64,000 bases of DNA from Candidatus Woesearchaeota archaeon (GTDB lineage: Archaea > Nanobdellota > Nanobdellia > Woesearchaeales > UBA10216). Shown here piece after piece: positions 1 to 9,502 of this stretch. The first letter of the stretch is position 1. Each line of letters begins with the position of its first letter. The position numbers and the translations under genes are program-made. The DNA lies in NCBI GenBank assembly GCA_016192905.1, contig JACPTG010000004.1:5745-69744 (forward strand), written 5' to 3'. Below the pieces are notes generated by a model. The model was not told where the DNA came from. It searched no databases and saw only the letters and a list, made by a program, of their open reading frames with translations.

Positions 1-3000
1 CAGCCCTGGCCAACAGTGCAGGTCTTGAACTCCAAAGCACAGGAGCCGCCGCAGTCAACATCAGTCTCCACAAACTGGTCCTTAACCCTGTTGCTGCATG
101 AAGACTCAGCCGAACTGCACCTTCCTGAGATGCACTTGCTCCCTAAAATGCAGTCGCCATCCTCAGAACAGGTCTGCGTGTCCTGGCACTTCCTGCCCAT
201 GCGGCTGCAGGAGCCGCCGCAATCCACGTCAGACTCGCCAACATCCCTGAACCCGTTAGAGCATGAATCTGTCTGGACTGAACACCGCTTGAACAGACAG
301 TAATTGGAAATGCAGTCAGCATTCTGGACGCAGGTGGCATTAAGCCTGCAGTCAGAGCAGGAGTTTCCGCCGCAGTCAACATCAGACTCGTTGCCATTCC
401 TAACATTATCGCTGCAGCTTCCACGCTTACAGGCACCTGAGCTGCAATAATAGCCGTCCCTGCAGTCTTCATTATCAGTGCAGCCTCCCCCGCCACCGCA
501 AGACCTGCAATCCCTGCCTCCGCAGTCAACGCCTGTCTCATCCGCATCCTTCTCCCTGTTATCGCAGTGATTGGACGAGCGGCCAAGCTCAACCTCAACA
601 TTCGCAGACCTGCCCTCAGCGCTTGTGTTCCCTGCATTGTTTGTTGCCTTTGCCTTCACGTAATAAAATGAATGGTTTGCGAAGCTAAGGCCTGTAACTG
701 TCTCCTCCTCGGCAGAAGTCCGCGTCCAGTTCACAATCAAAGTGTTATTCTCGGCGTAGTAAACAGAATATTCGTAATACTGGATGCCTGACTCATTATC
801 CACCGAATGCCAGCTTGCCCTTATCCTGTTTGAGAATGTTGAAACCTCGCCGTCCCTTGAGCCGTTCACAGACGGAGCAGACGGAGGAGTGGTGTCGACA
901 GTGAAGTCAGCCCTGGTGGTGGCGGTTGAGCCTGCAGCTGAAGTGCAGGTGAACTGGAACGAATACCTGCCCTCAGCGAGGCTAATCGTGGCCTGGTGTT
1001 GCCTTCCTGCCGGGCCGAAAGATGTCTGCTGCGAAGAGTTCTGAGAGTAAACGCACGAAGCCCGCTTGCTTGTCCTCGCGCCGAAAGCAACCTGCCTTGT
1101 CGGATAATACTGCCGGTAGTCAGGCTCAACCATGAAGGGAGCGCTTGTGTTCACCAATATGCCTATCTGGACCTTAGCTGAGAGGTTCCCGACCTTATTC
1201 ATGCACTGGAAGGTATAGTTGTTAACTGAATTGTCAACGAGGTCAGTGATGTTCTGCTTCCACAACGGCTTATAGGAGGAAGACTCTGACTCGTCTGAGC
1301 CAGCAAATGGAGTCATGGCGGAATAAGCCGCGTCAAAGGACTTTGAATAGCGGCAGACCACCTGCTGATTGGAAGTGACAGTGGCAGTGGAAATAAACGG
1401 AGTCTCGACAGAGACTGTGTCATAAAGGTTCTCCGCAGCCACCTGAATCTGCGGAGCATCGCTAATGACTGAGAGGGAAAAAGTGGATGCATTATTCTTG
1501 CCGCTGCCTGTACGGCAGGCAACGTGGACAACGCCACTGCCGATACCGTTAAGGCCGGAAACAGAATGACGCAAACCAGAAGAAGACGCGGAAAGCAACT
1601 GGCTCATAAGGTCGTAGTTGCGCTGGGTAAAGTCATACCTGCACGAAGCAGCCTGCAATGTCTCCACTGCAAGCGTGTACGGAATGCCTGTAAGCGCGCC
1701 AAGGGCAGGCTCAACAAGATAAACCGGGAAGGATGTATTCGCAACAATGGTTATGTTGGACTTCAAGGACAGATTACCGACCTTATTGACGCACTGCACT
1801 GTAAAGACGTTCACTGAATTATCAGCCAGGCCAGCCACCGGCTGCTCATGTGAAGCTGCGTAAGCAGACTCCAAGTCCTCATCATAACCAGCAAACCCGG
1901 ACATCTCGGCGAATAAATCCTGATAGACCCTTGTGTACCTGCACTGGACATCCTGGTCTGACTGAACCCTGATTGAAGAAGCAAGCGGAATAGCCGAGGC
2001 ATTGTCTGCTGTTAAGGTTATTGTTGCATTGTCTTTGAGAACTGTCAGGGCAAAGTCCTCCTCCACAGGCTGGCCGCCAGGAGCCTTGCAAGCCACATAC
2101 ACGTGGCCTGCGCCCAGGGATGTGAGGGGGGTGCCGTAGCTGTTTGGACCGGTAATTGACTGGTAAGGCACCAGGCCTTGAGTCATTGAATCATAATGCG
2201 GCTGAGTAAGGCTGTACCTACATCCATCAACAGGCACTGACGTGCCCACAGCAAAAATGAAATTATTGCCAGGCGTAAAGCCGAACCTCGGCTTGAGAAG
2301 TGCAATGGTCAAGTCGCCTGAAGGCGGGGTGACGCAGGCACCGTTATTATCGCAAACCCTGCCATCGGGACAGCGATTCTCAGCACTGCAAGGCACGCAC
2401 ACACCGGCAGAAGTGCAAACCCTGCCGCCAGTGCAGGGGTTTGAAGCGCTGCACTCGGGCTCGGATGAGCACACTCCATTATTGCACGCCTGACCAGAAG
2501 CGCAGCTAGTTCCTGAGTCCCACTCAAGACACGAATCCGAGTCATAATTGCCACAAGTCCGAACTTTACCATCAGAACTGCAAGACCTGGAGCCGGAGGG
2601 AGAACAACCATCAGAGCATTCAGCCACACACTGGCCATTCTGGCAAACCTGGCCAAGAGAACAGGCAGGGGTGCACGCATTCGGGTCAATGCACTGGCCG
2701 TTAACGCAGCTCCTGCCAGCAGGACAATCTGTGAAGAGCACGCAGCCAGAAGTGCACGCTCCATTTACACAGCGCTGGGCTGCCGGGCAGTGGGTATTGT
2801 CATAACAAAGGCCTGAGCACTGGCCGTTAACACAGCGCTGGCCCTGACTGCACTGGGAACTGTCAAGGCAGCCTGCAATGCAGCCGCCTCCAACACAAAT
2901 CTTTTGAGAGGGACAGTCACTGTTAATTGTGCATGCAGAAGTGCAGGCTCCGCTTACACACCTGCCTCCCTGGCACTGTGAATCCTGAGTGCAGCCAGTG

Positions 3001-6000
3001 CCTGCCGAAACGCAAGAGCCGTCAACACACCTCTGGCCTGAGCCGCAGTGCGAATTGCTGTAGCATGCAGAGGAGCAGACTCCTGCCACGCAACGAAGCA
3101 TCGGAGACTGGCAGCCTGAATCTGAGATGCACGCCGCGGAGCATACGCCATTTATGCAATTTTGCCCTGAAGGGCACTGGTTCTGGGAAGAGCCGAGTTC
3201 GCAGCTTCTGCCCTGGCAGATTCCATTCACGCATCGCTGATTATCCGGGCAGTTTGTATCAACCAGGCATGCAGATGTGCACTCGCCGCTGACGCATCTT
3301 GTATTCGGCGGGCAGTCATTTATGGATATGCAAGCAGAGCTGCAGACGCCATTGATGCAACGCCTCTCAACTGGGCACTGCGAATTCTGGCCGCAGCCAG
3401 GCGAGGGCACGCAAACACCCTGGATGCATCTCCCATTTGAACATTGGCTGTCAGAAGCACAGGCAGGAGCTGTGCAAACGCCATTCACGCAGCGCTGACC
3501 CTGCTGCTGGCAATTTGAATCAAATATGCAACTTGAGCTGCACTGGCCATTAACGCAGCGCGGCGTGCCAGCAGGACAGTCATTATCCACCATACACCCT
3601 GAAACGCAGCCGCCATTAACGCAAGGCTTACTGTTCAGACAGGGCCTTGAGTCGCTGCACTCTGAAAGGCATGCTCCGTAATAGCACCTCTGGTTTGCTC
3701 CGCAACCTGTATCTGACGTGCATCCGGTTCCTGCAGCAATGCAGGCTCCATTCAGGCACTTCTGAATGCCAGTGCAATGGGAATCAGAATAACATGCTGA
3801 CGAACAGGAGCCGCCAATACATCTGGTCCCCTGAACTGGGCAGCCAGAGTCTGAAGCGCAAGCAGCAGTGCACTGGCCACTAATGCAGTTCTGACTGTTC
3901 TGACAGTCACTCCTGGTAGAGCAGGAGCCGCCAGAGCAGATGCCATTGGAACACTGCTGGCCTGAAGAGCAATCGGATTGTGAAGTGCAAACAGCCACGC
4001 AAGCGCCGCCGGAAGAGCACTTTGTGCGGCTAGGACACTGAGTGTCTGAATTGCAGGCAGTAGTGCATGCGTTGTTTATGCAGCGGGGAACCGATGACGG
4101 GCAGTTTTCGGCAGACAGGCAGCCAGGAGCAGGAATGCAAAGGCCTGCAATGCATCTTTTATCAGACTCGCACTGGGCATCTGAAGCACAGGCAGCCTGG
4201 CACACTCCAGCCACACACTTCTGGCCGCTGCTGCACTGCGAATTATAGACACACGCTGAACTGCAGGCTCCGTTAAGACACCGCTGGTTTGAATTGCAAG
4301 CAGTGTCAGCAAGGCACCTCTGAACGCACGCGCCATCAACACACACCTGACCCTCCTGGCACGGACTGGCCTGACTGCAGGCAGGAGGAGCCACGCACTG
4401 ACCTGAGGGGCAAGGGTTGAGAGTCCCAGACCTGCCCTCAGCACTGACCAAGCCGCCCCTATTCGTTGCGCGAACCTTGGCATAAATCAGGTGATTGTCC
4501 GAAATGATGGTAAGCATAGTGGCACTGGCCTGCGCTGTCCTTGTCCAAGCAAGCAGCTCGGAATTGTTATTCGCATAATAAACAGAATACTCATAATACT
4601 GAATCCCTGACTCAGCATCCGATGAACTCCATGTTCCCCGTATTCCAACACCGGCGCTTATTCCCTGGCCACTAACAGCCTCAATAGTGACAGTGGGCGT
4701 TGACGGAGGGGTGGTATCCACCACAAACCGCTTGGTAAGCGAAGCTGACTGGCCTGAGGACGAAGTGCAGTCAACGGTGTGAGCATAAAGGCCGTCCTGA
4801 AGCTCAAGGCTGGCTGAATGAGCCAAACCAACCTCGCCGAAAGAAACTGGCTGGCCTGAGCCGGGAGTGTAAGTGCACGACGCCTTCTTTGTTGTGCGAA
4901 CGCCGAAAGAAACTGTGCGTGTCCTATAATAATCGCTGTATGAGGAAACAATGCCAAATGGCGCCTTTGTATTCACATCAATAGACTTTGTGACTTTGTT
5001 GGAAAATGTTCCGACCTTATTCATGCACTGGAACGTGAAGCTATTTACAGCCTCATCAACAAGGTCAGTTATATCCTGCTGCCACGAAGCCTTATACGAG
5101 GAAGCGGATGACTCGTCAGAGCCTTCAAATTGAGTCATGGCAGCATAAGCCGCATCCGCCTTCTTGGAATAACGGCAGACAACCTTCTGGGTTGAAGTGA
5201 CGGTGGCAGTGGCAAGCAGGGGAACCTCAGCAGAGAACGTGTCAGTAACATCATCAGCAGCCACGCTAATGGAAGGCTCGCCGCTCACAAGCTCCAAATC
5301 AAACGTCGTAACGTTAACCTTGCCAACAGGACCAGAGCAGCCAACCCTGACATAGCCGCTGCCAATCCCCTGAACATTAGCTGCCGAATGACTCAAACCA
5401 GAGGAACCAGCAGCAAACCTATTAGCCATCCGCTCATACCTCGTCTGCAAGAAATCATACCTGCACGAAGCTGGCTGATTGGTAGTTACCCTCAGAGTAT
5501 ACGGAACGCTTGGCAAGGCGCCAAACCTCGGCTCAACCAACGCTATAGGAATCGTGCTGTTAGCCAAAATCGAAACATTAGCCTTCATTGACAAATTGCC
5601 AACCTTATTCATGCACTGAACGGTATAAACATTCACAAAGCCATCCCTAAGGTCAGTAAACGGCTCAACATTAAGAGGCAACACATGCGCTTTCTTATAA
5701 GCAGACTCCAAATCCTCATCATAACCAGCAAACCGCGACATCTGAACGAATGAGTCCTCATACCGCTTAGTAAACCTACACTGAACATCCTGATCAGACA
5801 CAACAGAAATACTTGACTCAACAGGATAACTGGAAGTATCACGGCCAGTGAGGGTGATAGTTGCATTGGTGTTAAGGATGGCAAGGCTAAACCTCTGCTC
5901 ACTCAAAGCACCATCAGCAGCCCTGCAGCCAACATACACAAAGCCCTCCCCTACGCTGTTAAGGCTTATGCCATAATAGTTAATTGTGCCAGACTGCAAG

Positions 6001-8804
6001 GTGAGGGAAGCTGTCATGTCAGCATAACGCGGCGCAGTAAAGCTGTACTTACAGTCAGCACTCCTTGAAGTCGCCACTACCAAATTATAAGGAGTTCCTG
6101 AGGTAACGCCAAGCCTTGGGCTGACCAGCGTAATTCCCAAATCACCAGGTGAAACGCAGACACCTGCGGAATTGCAAATCTTTCCTCCGGTACAGGCAGG
6201 CCGGCCCTGGCCACACTCAGGAAGGCACTCGTTGTTCTCGCATACCTTCCCTCCGGTGCATGGCTGGTCAGCATAGCATTGCACGCAATATCCACCCACG
6301 CAGAACCTCTTAACTGCGTCGTTACAAGGATTGTTGCTGTCACAAGGAACTACGCAAGAGCCGCCCCTGCACTCCTGGCCAGCAGGACAGCGATTAGCAG
6401 TGGTGTCACAGGCAACGCAAGTGCCTGAGGAACTGCAAACCTTACCTCCGGTACACGACCTGGACTGGCTGCACTCAGGCCCTGCTGAACACACGCCATT
6501 ATTGCACAACTGGTCAGAAGCGCAACTGGCTCCTGAGTCCCACTCAAGACACGAATCCGAGTCGTAATTGCCGCAAGCCTGAACCTTACCATCAGAGCAA
6601 CGCTTCACGCCTTCGCTGCACTCATTCGTGCAGGGAACAAGCCGGGTGTCGCACTTCTTCGAATCCGGATTGCAGTAACCGGAAACGCAGTCACCATCTG
6701 AGCCGCAACCAGTATCAATCGGGCAGGCAGGGCACGGGCCGCCACAATTAAGGCCAACCTCGCCAGGGTCCTTTACCTCGTTGAAGCAGCTCTGCGGAGG
6801 CATGGGAGCGCACTGGCCTGAAGGATTGCAATAGCCTGTTGTACAGTCAGAGCCCTTACCACACTTCTGTGGAGGCGGGCACCTGGCGCAGAACTGGCCG
6901 CCGCAGTCAACATCTGTCTCGCTGTTGTCCTGGCCTGAGTTGCCGCAGCGAGGGTCAACCTCAACAAAGATTTCTGCTGTCTTGATGATTTCGAGATTCT
7001 TATTCCTGTCCTGGGCATAATAGAAAAGGAAATTCCTTCCCTGCGACAGGGTTTTGGCTGTAACAGCCTCGGGGATGTTAATCAGGTAGGAAGGAAGCTC
7101 CCTTGGAGTACAGGGGGTATTTGTTGCTGAGGAGCAGAAGAAAACCTTTGCGCCTGTAACATAGCCGCCATAACTTTCTTTGGAAACCCTGTCAAACACG
7201 CTGAACTGAAGATAATTAGAACCCTGCCTGAAGCTTGTACTTGGAGGATAAAAGTCAGCCTCACACTGACCTGAAGAGCAGTCAGCAGCCTGGTCAAAGT
7301 CAGCGTCCTTCTTACAAGCATCCTGAATCCACCTGCACACGTTAAGGCCGCAGAATGAATCAGGCGGGGAAACGAGCCGGTTTGAGGAGTCCTTAGACTG
7401 GGCAGAATGGGAGCTACAGGCAGCCTGGCCTGCAAGCCTTGTGCAGTCAACAGGACAATCCGCAGCCAGCCTTGTGCAGTCAAAAAGCGGAGTTGAAAGC
7501 GCAGCCAGCTTTGTGGAAGAGGGCGCATCGAATATTGAATTATAAGCGCTTCGAACGCCCTGAGTCCCTGCGCTGTCAAGCCACTGGCAGTTGTTCTTAG
7601 AACTGTCAATGCAGACTCCAGCCCCAATTTCATCATAAGTGGGCTTCCACTGGCAGTTTCCTGCCCTGCAATTGTTGGCTGTACAGGCGTCCCCTGACTT
7701 GTAGTCATAGCAGCTCATCTGGGGGGAACAGTCGTAGCAGGCATTGGCAGTGCTTTTTGACTTATCATAAAAGCAGTAATTTCCAGCAGCTTCGCAAGAG
7801 GAGCGGGTGGCAAATAGGCCGAAGGGCCTGCCAACAAGGCTGCAGGTTGAAGCCCGCACGCAGGAATAGCCCTCCCTTATTGATGAGTCAGGAGCGCACT
7901 GGGTGCCGGCAGCGCACTGTGTAGTTGTAAGCCTGTTCTGGAAGTCGCAGCTTCCCGCAGAATTGAACAAAGAGCGGAAGCTTGCAGAAACATACTCATC
8001 AAAAGACTGGGCGCCTCTTACCTCATCAATGTAAGGCTTGAATGGCGCCTGAGAGTAAAGCTGAGCGGAAATGCAGAATTTCCTGCCTGCAGCCCTGCCC
8101 CAGCAGGTCAAGTCGCCAGTATTGATGGACTTAACTGCGGGAAAGGACTGGCCTCCCTTGGAAGCAGTAACCCTGTAATTGTACACCTGCCCCCACCTCA
8201 GGCCCTGGTCCCTGTCAGAATAGCTGGTCCCCCTGGCAGTTGCGAGCTGCGCGAAATCAGTGCAGGAAACACCAGTGCAACGCTCAATATTAAAGCTGTC
8301 AGCAGCGCAGTCATCACTCCAAAGCAGCCTTACAAAGCGCTGCCCCTGGACATTCAAAAGCACAAGATTGGGGGTGCAGGAAACACCCTCAGGAGGCGTA
8401 ACCTCTCCACACAACACGCTGCAGGTCTTCCCAGCCACAGGCTCAACAGCAGCCTGGCCAGGCCTCTCGCAAAGCGCCTTCACAACCTTAGTACCCTCAG
8501 GGCAGCAGCAGACAACAGCACACTTCTGCTCAGCAGCGCAGGAAGACTCCTTGAAAAAGGCGCTGCGGCAAGCAGCCGGGGACTGCACCCGGTCAGAATA
8601 GAAGCGGGGGTATTCCTCAGGAGGAGAAGGGCAGCATTCTGAAGGCGAAACCTCAGTACTGGCACAAACCCTCTCAATGGCGTTGGGATTCAGGCAGCAT
8701 GCCTCTGCGCCATCAGCTGAATAAGCAGCCACCGCCAGAAAGGCCAGAGAAGCCAGTAACAAGTACAAAAATGCACCTTTTTTTGCTGCTCCAATACTTA
8801 ACAT
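1..8804 (-). CDS. Giant secreted Cys-rich surface protein (giant 1). Start codon is in the window and the 3' end runs off the left edge (2,934 codons visible)
   Basis: ATG at 8804 (atg tta agt att gga gca gca aaa aaa ggt...). Hand translation gives MLSIGAAKKGAFLYLLLASLAFLAVAAYSADGAEACCLNPNAIERVCASTEVSPSECCPSPPEEYPRFY... The minus frame with end mod 3 = 2 has no entry at all in the ORF track over 8.8 kb; every listed minus ORF here is in one of the other two frames (end mod 3 = 0 or 1). That fits one open frame with no stop inside the window. Spot translations at 6639-6659 (KKCDTRL) and 3-59 (VDCGGSCALEFKTCTVGQG) stay in frame. The N-terminus is paralogous to the heads of 10203..15041 and 15949..20634. 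Confidence 0.85.
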   Translation of the reverse strand, partial: MLSIGAAKKGAFLYLLLASLAFLAVAAYSADGAEACCLNPNAIERVCASTEVSPSECCPSPPEEYPRFYSDRVQSPAACRSAFFKESSCAAEQKCAVVCCCPEGTKVVKALCERPGQAAVEPVAGKTCSVLCGEVTPPEGVSCTPNLVLLNVQGQRFVRLLWSDDCAADSFNIERCTGVSCTDFAQLATARGTSYSDRDQGLRWGQVYNYRVTASKGGQSFPAVKSINTGDLTCWGRAAGRKFCISAQLYSQAPFKPYIDEVRGAQSFDEYVSASFRSLFNSAGSCDFQNRLTTTQCAAGTQCAPDSSIREGYSCVRASTCSLVGRPFGLFATRSSCEAAGNYCFYDKSKSTANACYDCSPQMSCYDYKSGDACTANNCRAGNCQWKPTYDEIGAGVCIDSSKNNCQWLDSAGTQGVRSAYNSIFDAPSSTKLAALSTPLFDCTRLAADCPVDCTRLAGQAACSSHSAQSKDSSNRLVSPPDSFCGLNVCRWIQDACKKDADFDQAADCSSGQCEADFYPPSTSFRQGSNYLQFSVFDRVSKESYGGYVTGAKVFFCSSATNTPCTPRELPSYLINIPEAVTAKTLSQGRNFLFYYAQDRNKNLEIIKTAEIFVEVDPRCGNSGQDNSETDVDCGGQFCARCPPPQKCGKGSDCTTGYCNPSGQCAPMPPQSCFNEVKDPGEVGLNCGGPCPACPIDTGCGSDGDCVSGYCNPDSKKCDTRLVPCTNECSEGVKRCSDGKVQACGNYDSDSCLEWDSGASCASDQLCNNGVCSAGPECSQSRSCTGGKVCSSSGTCVACDTTANRCPAGQECRGGSCVVPCDSNNPCNDAVKRFCVGGYCVQCYADQPCTGGKVCENNECLPECGQGRPACTGGKICNSAGVCVSPGDLGITLVSPRLGVTSGTPYNLVVATSRSADCKYSFTAPRYADMTASLTLQSGTINYYGISLNSVGEGFVYVGCRAADGALSEQRFSLAILNTNATITLTGRDTSSYPVESSISVVSDQDVQCRFTKRYEDSFVQMSRFAGYDEDLESAYKKAHVLPLNVEPFTDLRDGFVNVYTVQCMNKVGNLSMKANVSILANSTIPIALVEPRFGALPSVPYTLRVTTNQPASCRYDFLQTRYERMANRFAAGSSGLSHSAANVQGIGSGYVRVGCSGPVGKVNVTTFDLELVSGEPSISVAADDVTDTFSAEVPLLATATVTSTQKVVCRYSKKADAAYAAMTQFEGSDESSASSYKASWQQDITDLVDEAVNSFTFQCMNKVGTFSNKVTKSIDVNTKAPFGIVSSYSDYYRTRTVSFGVRTTKKASCTYTPGSGQPVSFGEVGLAHSASLELQDGLYAHTVDCTSSSGQSASLTKRFVVDTTPPSTPTVTIEAVSGQGISAGVGIRGTWSSSDAESGIQYYEYSVYYANNNSELLAWTRTAQASATMLTIISDNHLIYAKVRATNRGGLVSAEGRSGTLNPCPSGQCVAPPACSQASPCQEGQVCVDGACVQRCLADTACNSNQRCLNGACSSACVYNSQCSSGQKCVAGVCQAACASDAQCESDKRCIAGLCIPAPGCLSAENCPSSVPRCINNACTTACNSDTQCPSRTKCSSGGACVAVCTSQSDCSSGQQCSNGICSGGSCSTRSDCQNSQNCISGQCTAACASDSGCPVQGTRCIGGSCSSACYSDSHCTGIQKCLNGACIAAGTGCTSDTGCGANQRCYYGACLSECSDSRPCLNSKPCVNGGCVSGCMVDNDCPAGTPRCVNGQCSSSCIFDSNCQQQGQRCVNGVCTAPACASDSQCSNGRCIQGVCVPSPGCGQNSQCPVERRCINGVCSSACISINDCPPNTRCVSGECTSACLVDTNCPDNQRCVNGICQGRSCELGSSQNQCPSGQNCINGVCSAACISDSGCQSPMLRCVAGVCSSACYSNSHCGSGQRCVDGSCVSAGTGCTQDSQCQGGRCVSGACTSACTINSDCPSQKICVGGGCIAGCLDSSQCSQGQRCVNGQCSGLCYDNTHCPAAQRCVNGACTSGCVLFTDCPAGRSCVNGQCIDPNACTPACSLGQVCQNGQCVAECSDGCSPSGSRSCSSDGKVRTCGNYDSDSCLEWDSGTSCASGQACNNGVCSSEPECSASNPCTGGRVCTSAGVCVPCSAENRCPDGRVCDNNGACVTPPSGDLTIALLKPRFGFTPGNNFIFAVGTSVPVDGCRYSLTQPHYDSMTQGLVPYQSITGPNSYGTPLTSLGAGHVYVACKAPGGQPVEEDFALTVLKDNATITLTADNASAIPLASSIRVQSDQDVQCRYTRVYQDLFAEMSGFAGYDEDLESAYAASHEQPVAGLADNSVNVFTVQCVNKVGNLSLKSNITIVANTSFPVYLVEPALGALTGIPYTLAVETLQAASCRYDFTQRNYDLMSQLLSASSSGLRHSVSGLNGIGSGVVHVACRTGSGKNNASTFSLSVISDAPQIQVAAENLYDTVSVETPFISTATVTSNQQVVCRYSKSFDAAYSAMTPFAGSDESESSSYKPLWKQNITDLVDNSVNNYTFQCMNKVGNLSAKVQIGILVNTSAPFMVEPDYRQYYPTRQVAFGARTSKRASCVYSQNSSQQTSFGPAGRQHQATISLAEGRYSFQFTCTSAAGSTATTRADFTVDTTPPSAPSVNGSRDGEVSTFSNRIRASWHSVDNESGIQYYEYSVYYAENNTLIVNWTRTSAEEETVTGLSFANHSFYYVKAKATNNAGNTSAEGRSANVEVELGRSSNHCDNREKDADETGVDCGGRDCRSCGGGGGCTDNEDCRDGYYCSSGACKRGSCSDNVRNGNESDVDCGGNSCSDCRLNATCVQNADCISNYCLFKRCSVQTDSCSNGFRDVGESDVDCGGSCSRMGRKCQDTQTCSEDGDCILGSKCISGRCSSAESSCSNRVKDQFVETDVDCGGSCALEFKTCTVGQG

Positions 8805-8946
8805 CCCTTAAACAGCCTTTTAAAATTCACCCTTTATTATATTTTGCCTTATTCAAAGACTTAGGTGTAAATTTAACCGCCATTAAGTGGCTTATAAAAC
8901 TGTTAAACTAACCTTAATTTGTTCACTGCCTTTATTGGGTTGAACC

Positions 8947-9435
8947 CTACTCTGTCTTGCCGAACTCCTGGAGAATCTTGCGCTGCTCAGAATGCTTCTC
9001 CTTCAGCCGCTTCTCATAAATGTCGCGCTCATACCTGCTCATCACCATGTAAAGAGGGCTCTTCTGGGCCTCGGCATGGAGCTGCGCGGCCGCTGACAGG
9101 GGAACTGCCTTGGGCTGAGCCTTACCAGGCTTTGATTTCCTTAGAAGCATGAAAGCGGCGAAGCCAAGGCCAAGCACGCCGACTCCGATAAGAACAGGCA
9201 CGAGAAGGCCACCCAAAGGACTGCCAGCCTCCTCGGCCTCAGAAGAGGAACCTGAAGATGAAGAGGAGCCTGAAGATGGGGTACTGCCTGAGCCTGCTGC
9301 GGGTTGCTGGATGCTCCGGTCAGGCGGCGGCGGAGGCAGCGGAGGGCCATCATCTGCATCATGATAATTGGCAGCGGCAAATGAAGCCGACAAAACAGCC
9401 AGCGACGCTATCAGCACAATCAAAAAAGGCCTCAT
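8947..9435 (-). CDS. Small single-pass membrane protein (signal peptide, Pro/Ser-rich stalk, TM helix, charged tail)
   Basis: The track ORF 8947..9444 starts at GTG. The first ATG at 9435 gives MRPFLIVLIASLAVLSASFAAA. A PPPPPPD and SSGSSSSSGSSS low-complexity stretch is followed by a hydrophobic LLVPVLIGVGVLGLGFAAFMLL segment. No family recognised. Confidence 0.55.
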   Translation of the reverse strand: MRPFLIVLIASLAVLSASFAAANYHDADDGPPLPPPPPDRSIQQPAAGSGSTPSSGSSSSSGSSSEAEEAGSPLGGLLVPVLIGVGVLGLGFAAFMLLRKSKPGKAQPKAVPLSAAAQLHAEAQKSPLYMVMSRYERDIYEKRLKEKHSEQRKILQEFGKTE

Positions 9436-9502
9436 GATGGACACCTTTGCAAGGCATCAACAATCCTCATATATGAAGTTTGCGGTTGCGTTTTGGAAAG
9501 AC

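Noticed and set aside
16-8677. About 35 listed ORFs (60-208 aa) on the plus strand and in two minus frames across 1-8700, for example 143..637, 2309..2764, 4076..4483 and 7082..7708
   Set aside because: They are shadows of the unlisted giant minus-strand ORF (frame of the ATG at 8804). Their products are Ala/Leu/Arg/Gln/Ser-rich with no motifs, whereas the third frame reads as a coherent modular protein with no stops.
9141-9380. ORFs 9141..9380 (-) and 9149..9364 (+) overlapping the 162-aa stalk protein gene
   Set aside because: They arise from the low-complexity Pro/Ser/Gly-coding stretch. Only the 8947..9435 frame gives a signal peptide plus a TM topology.
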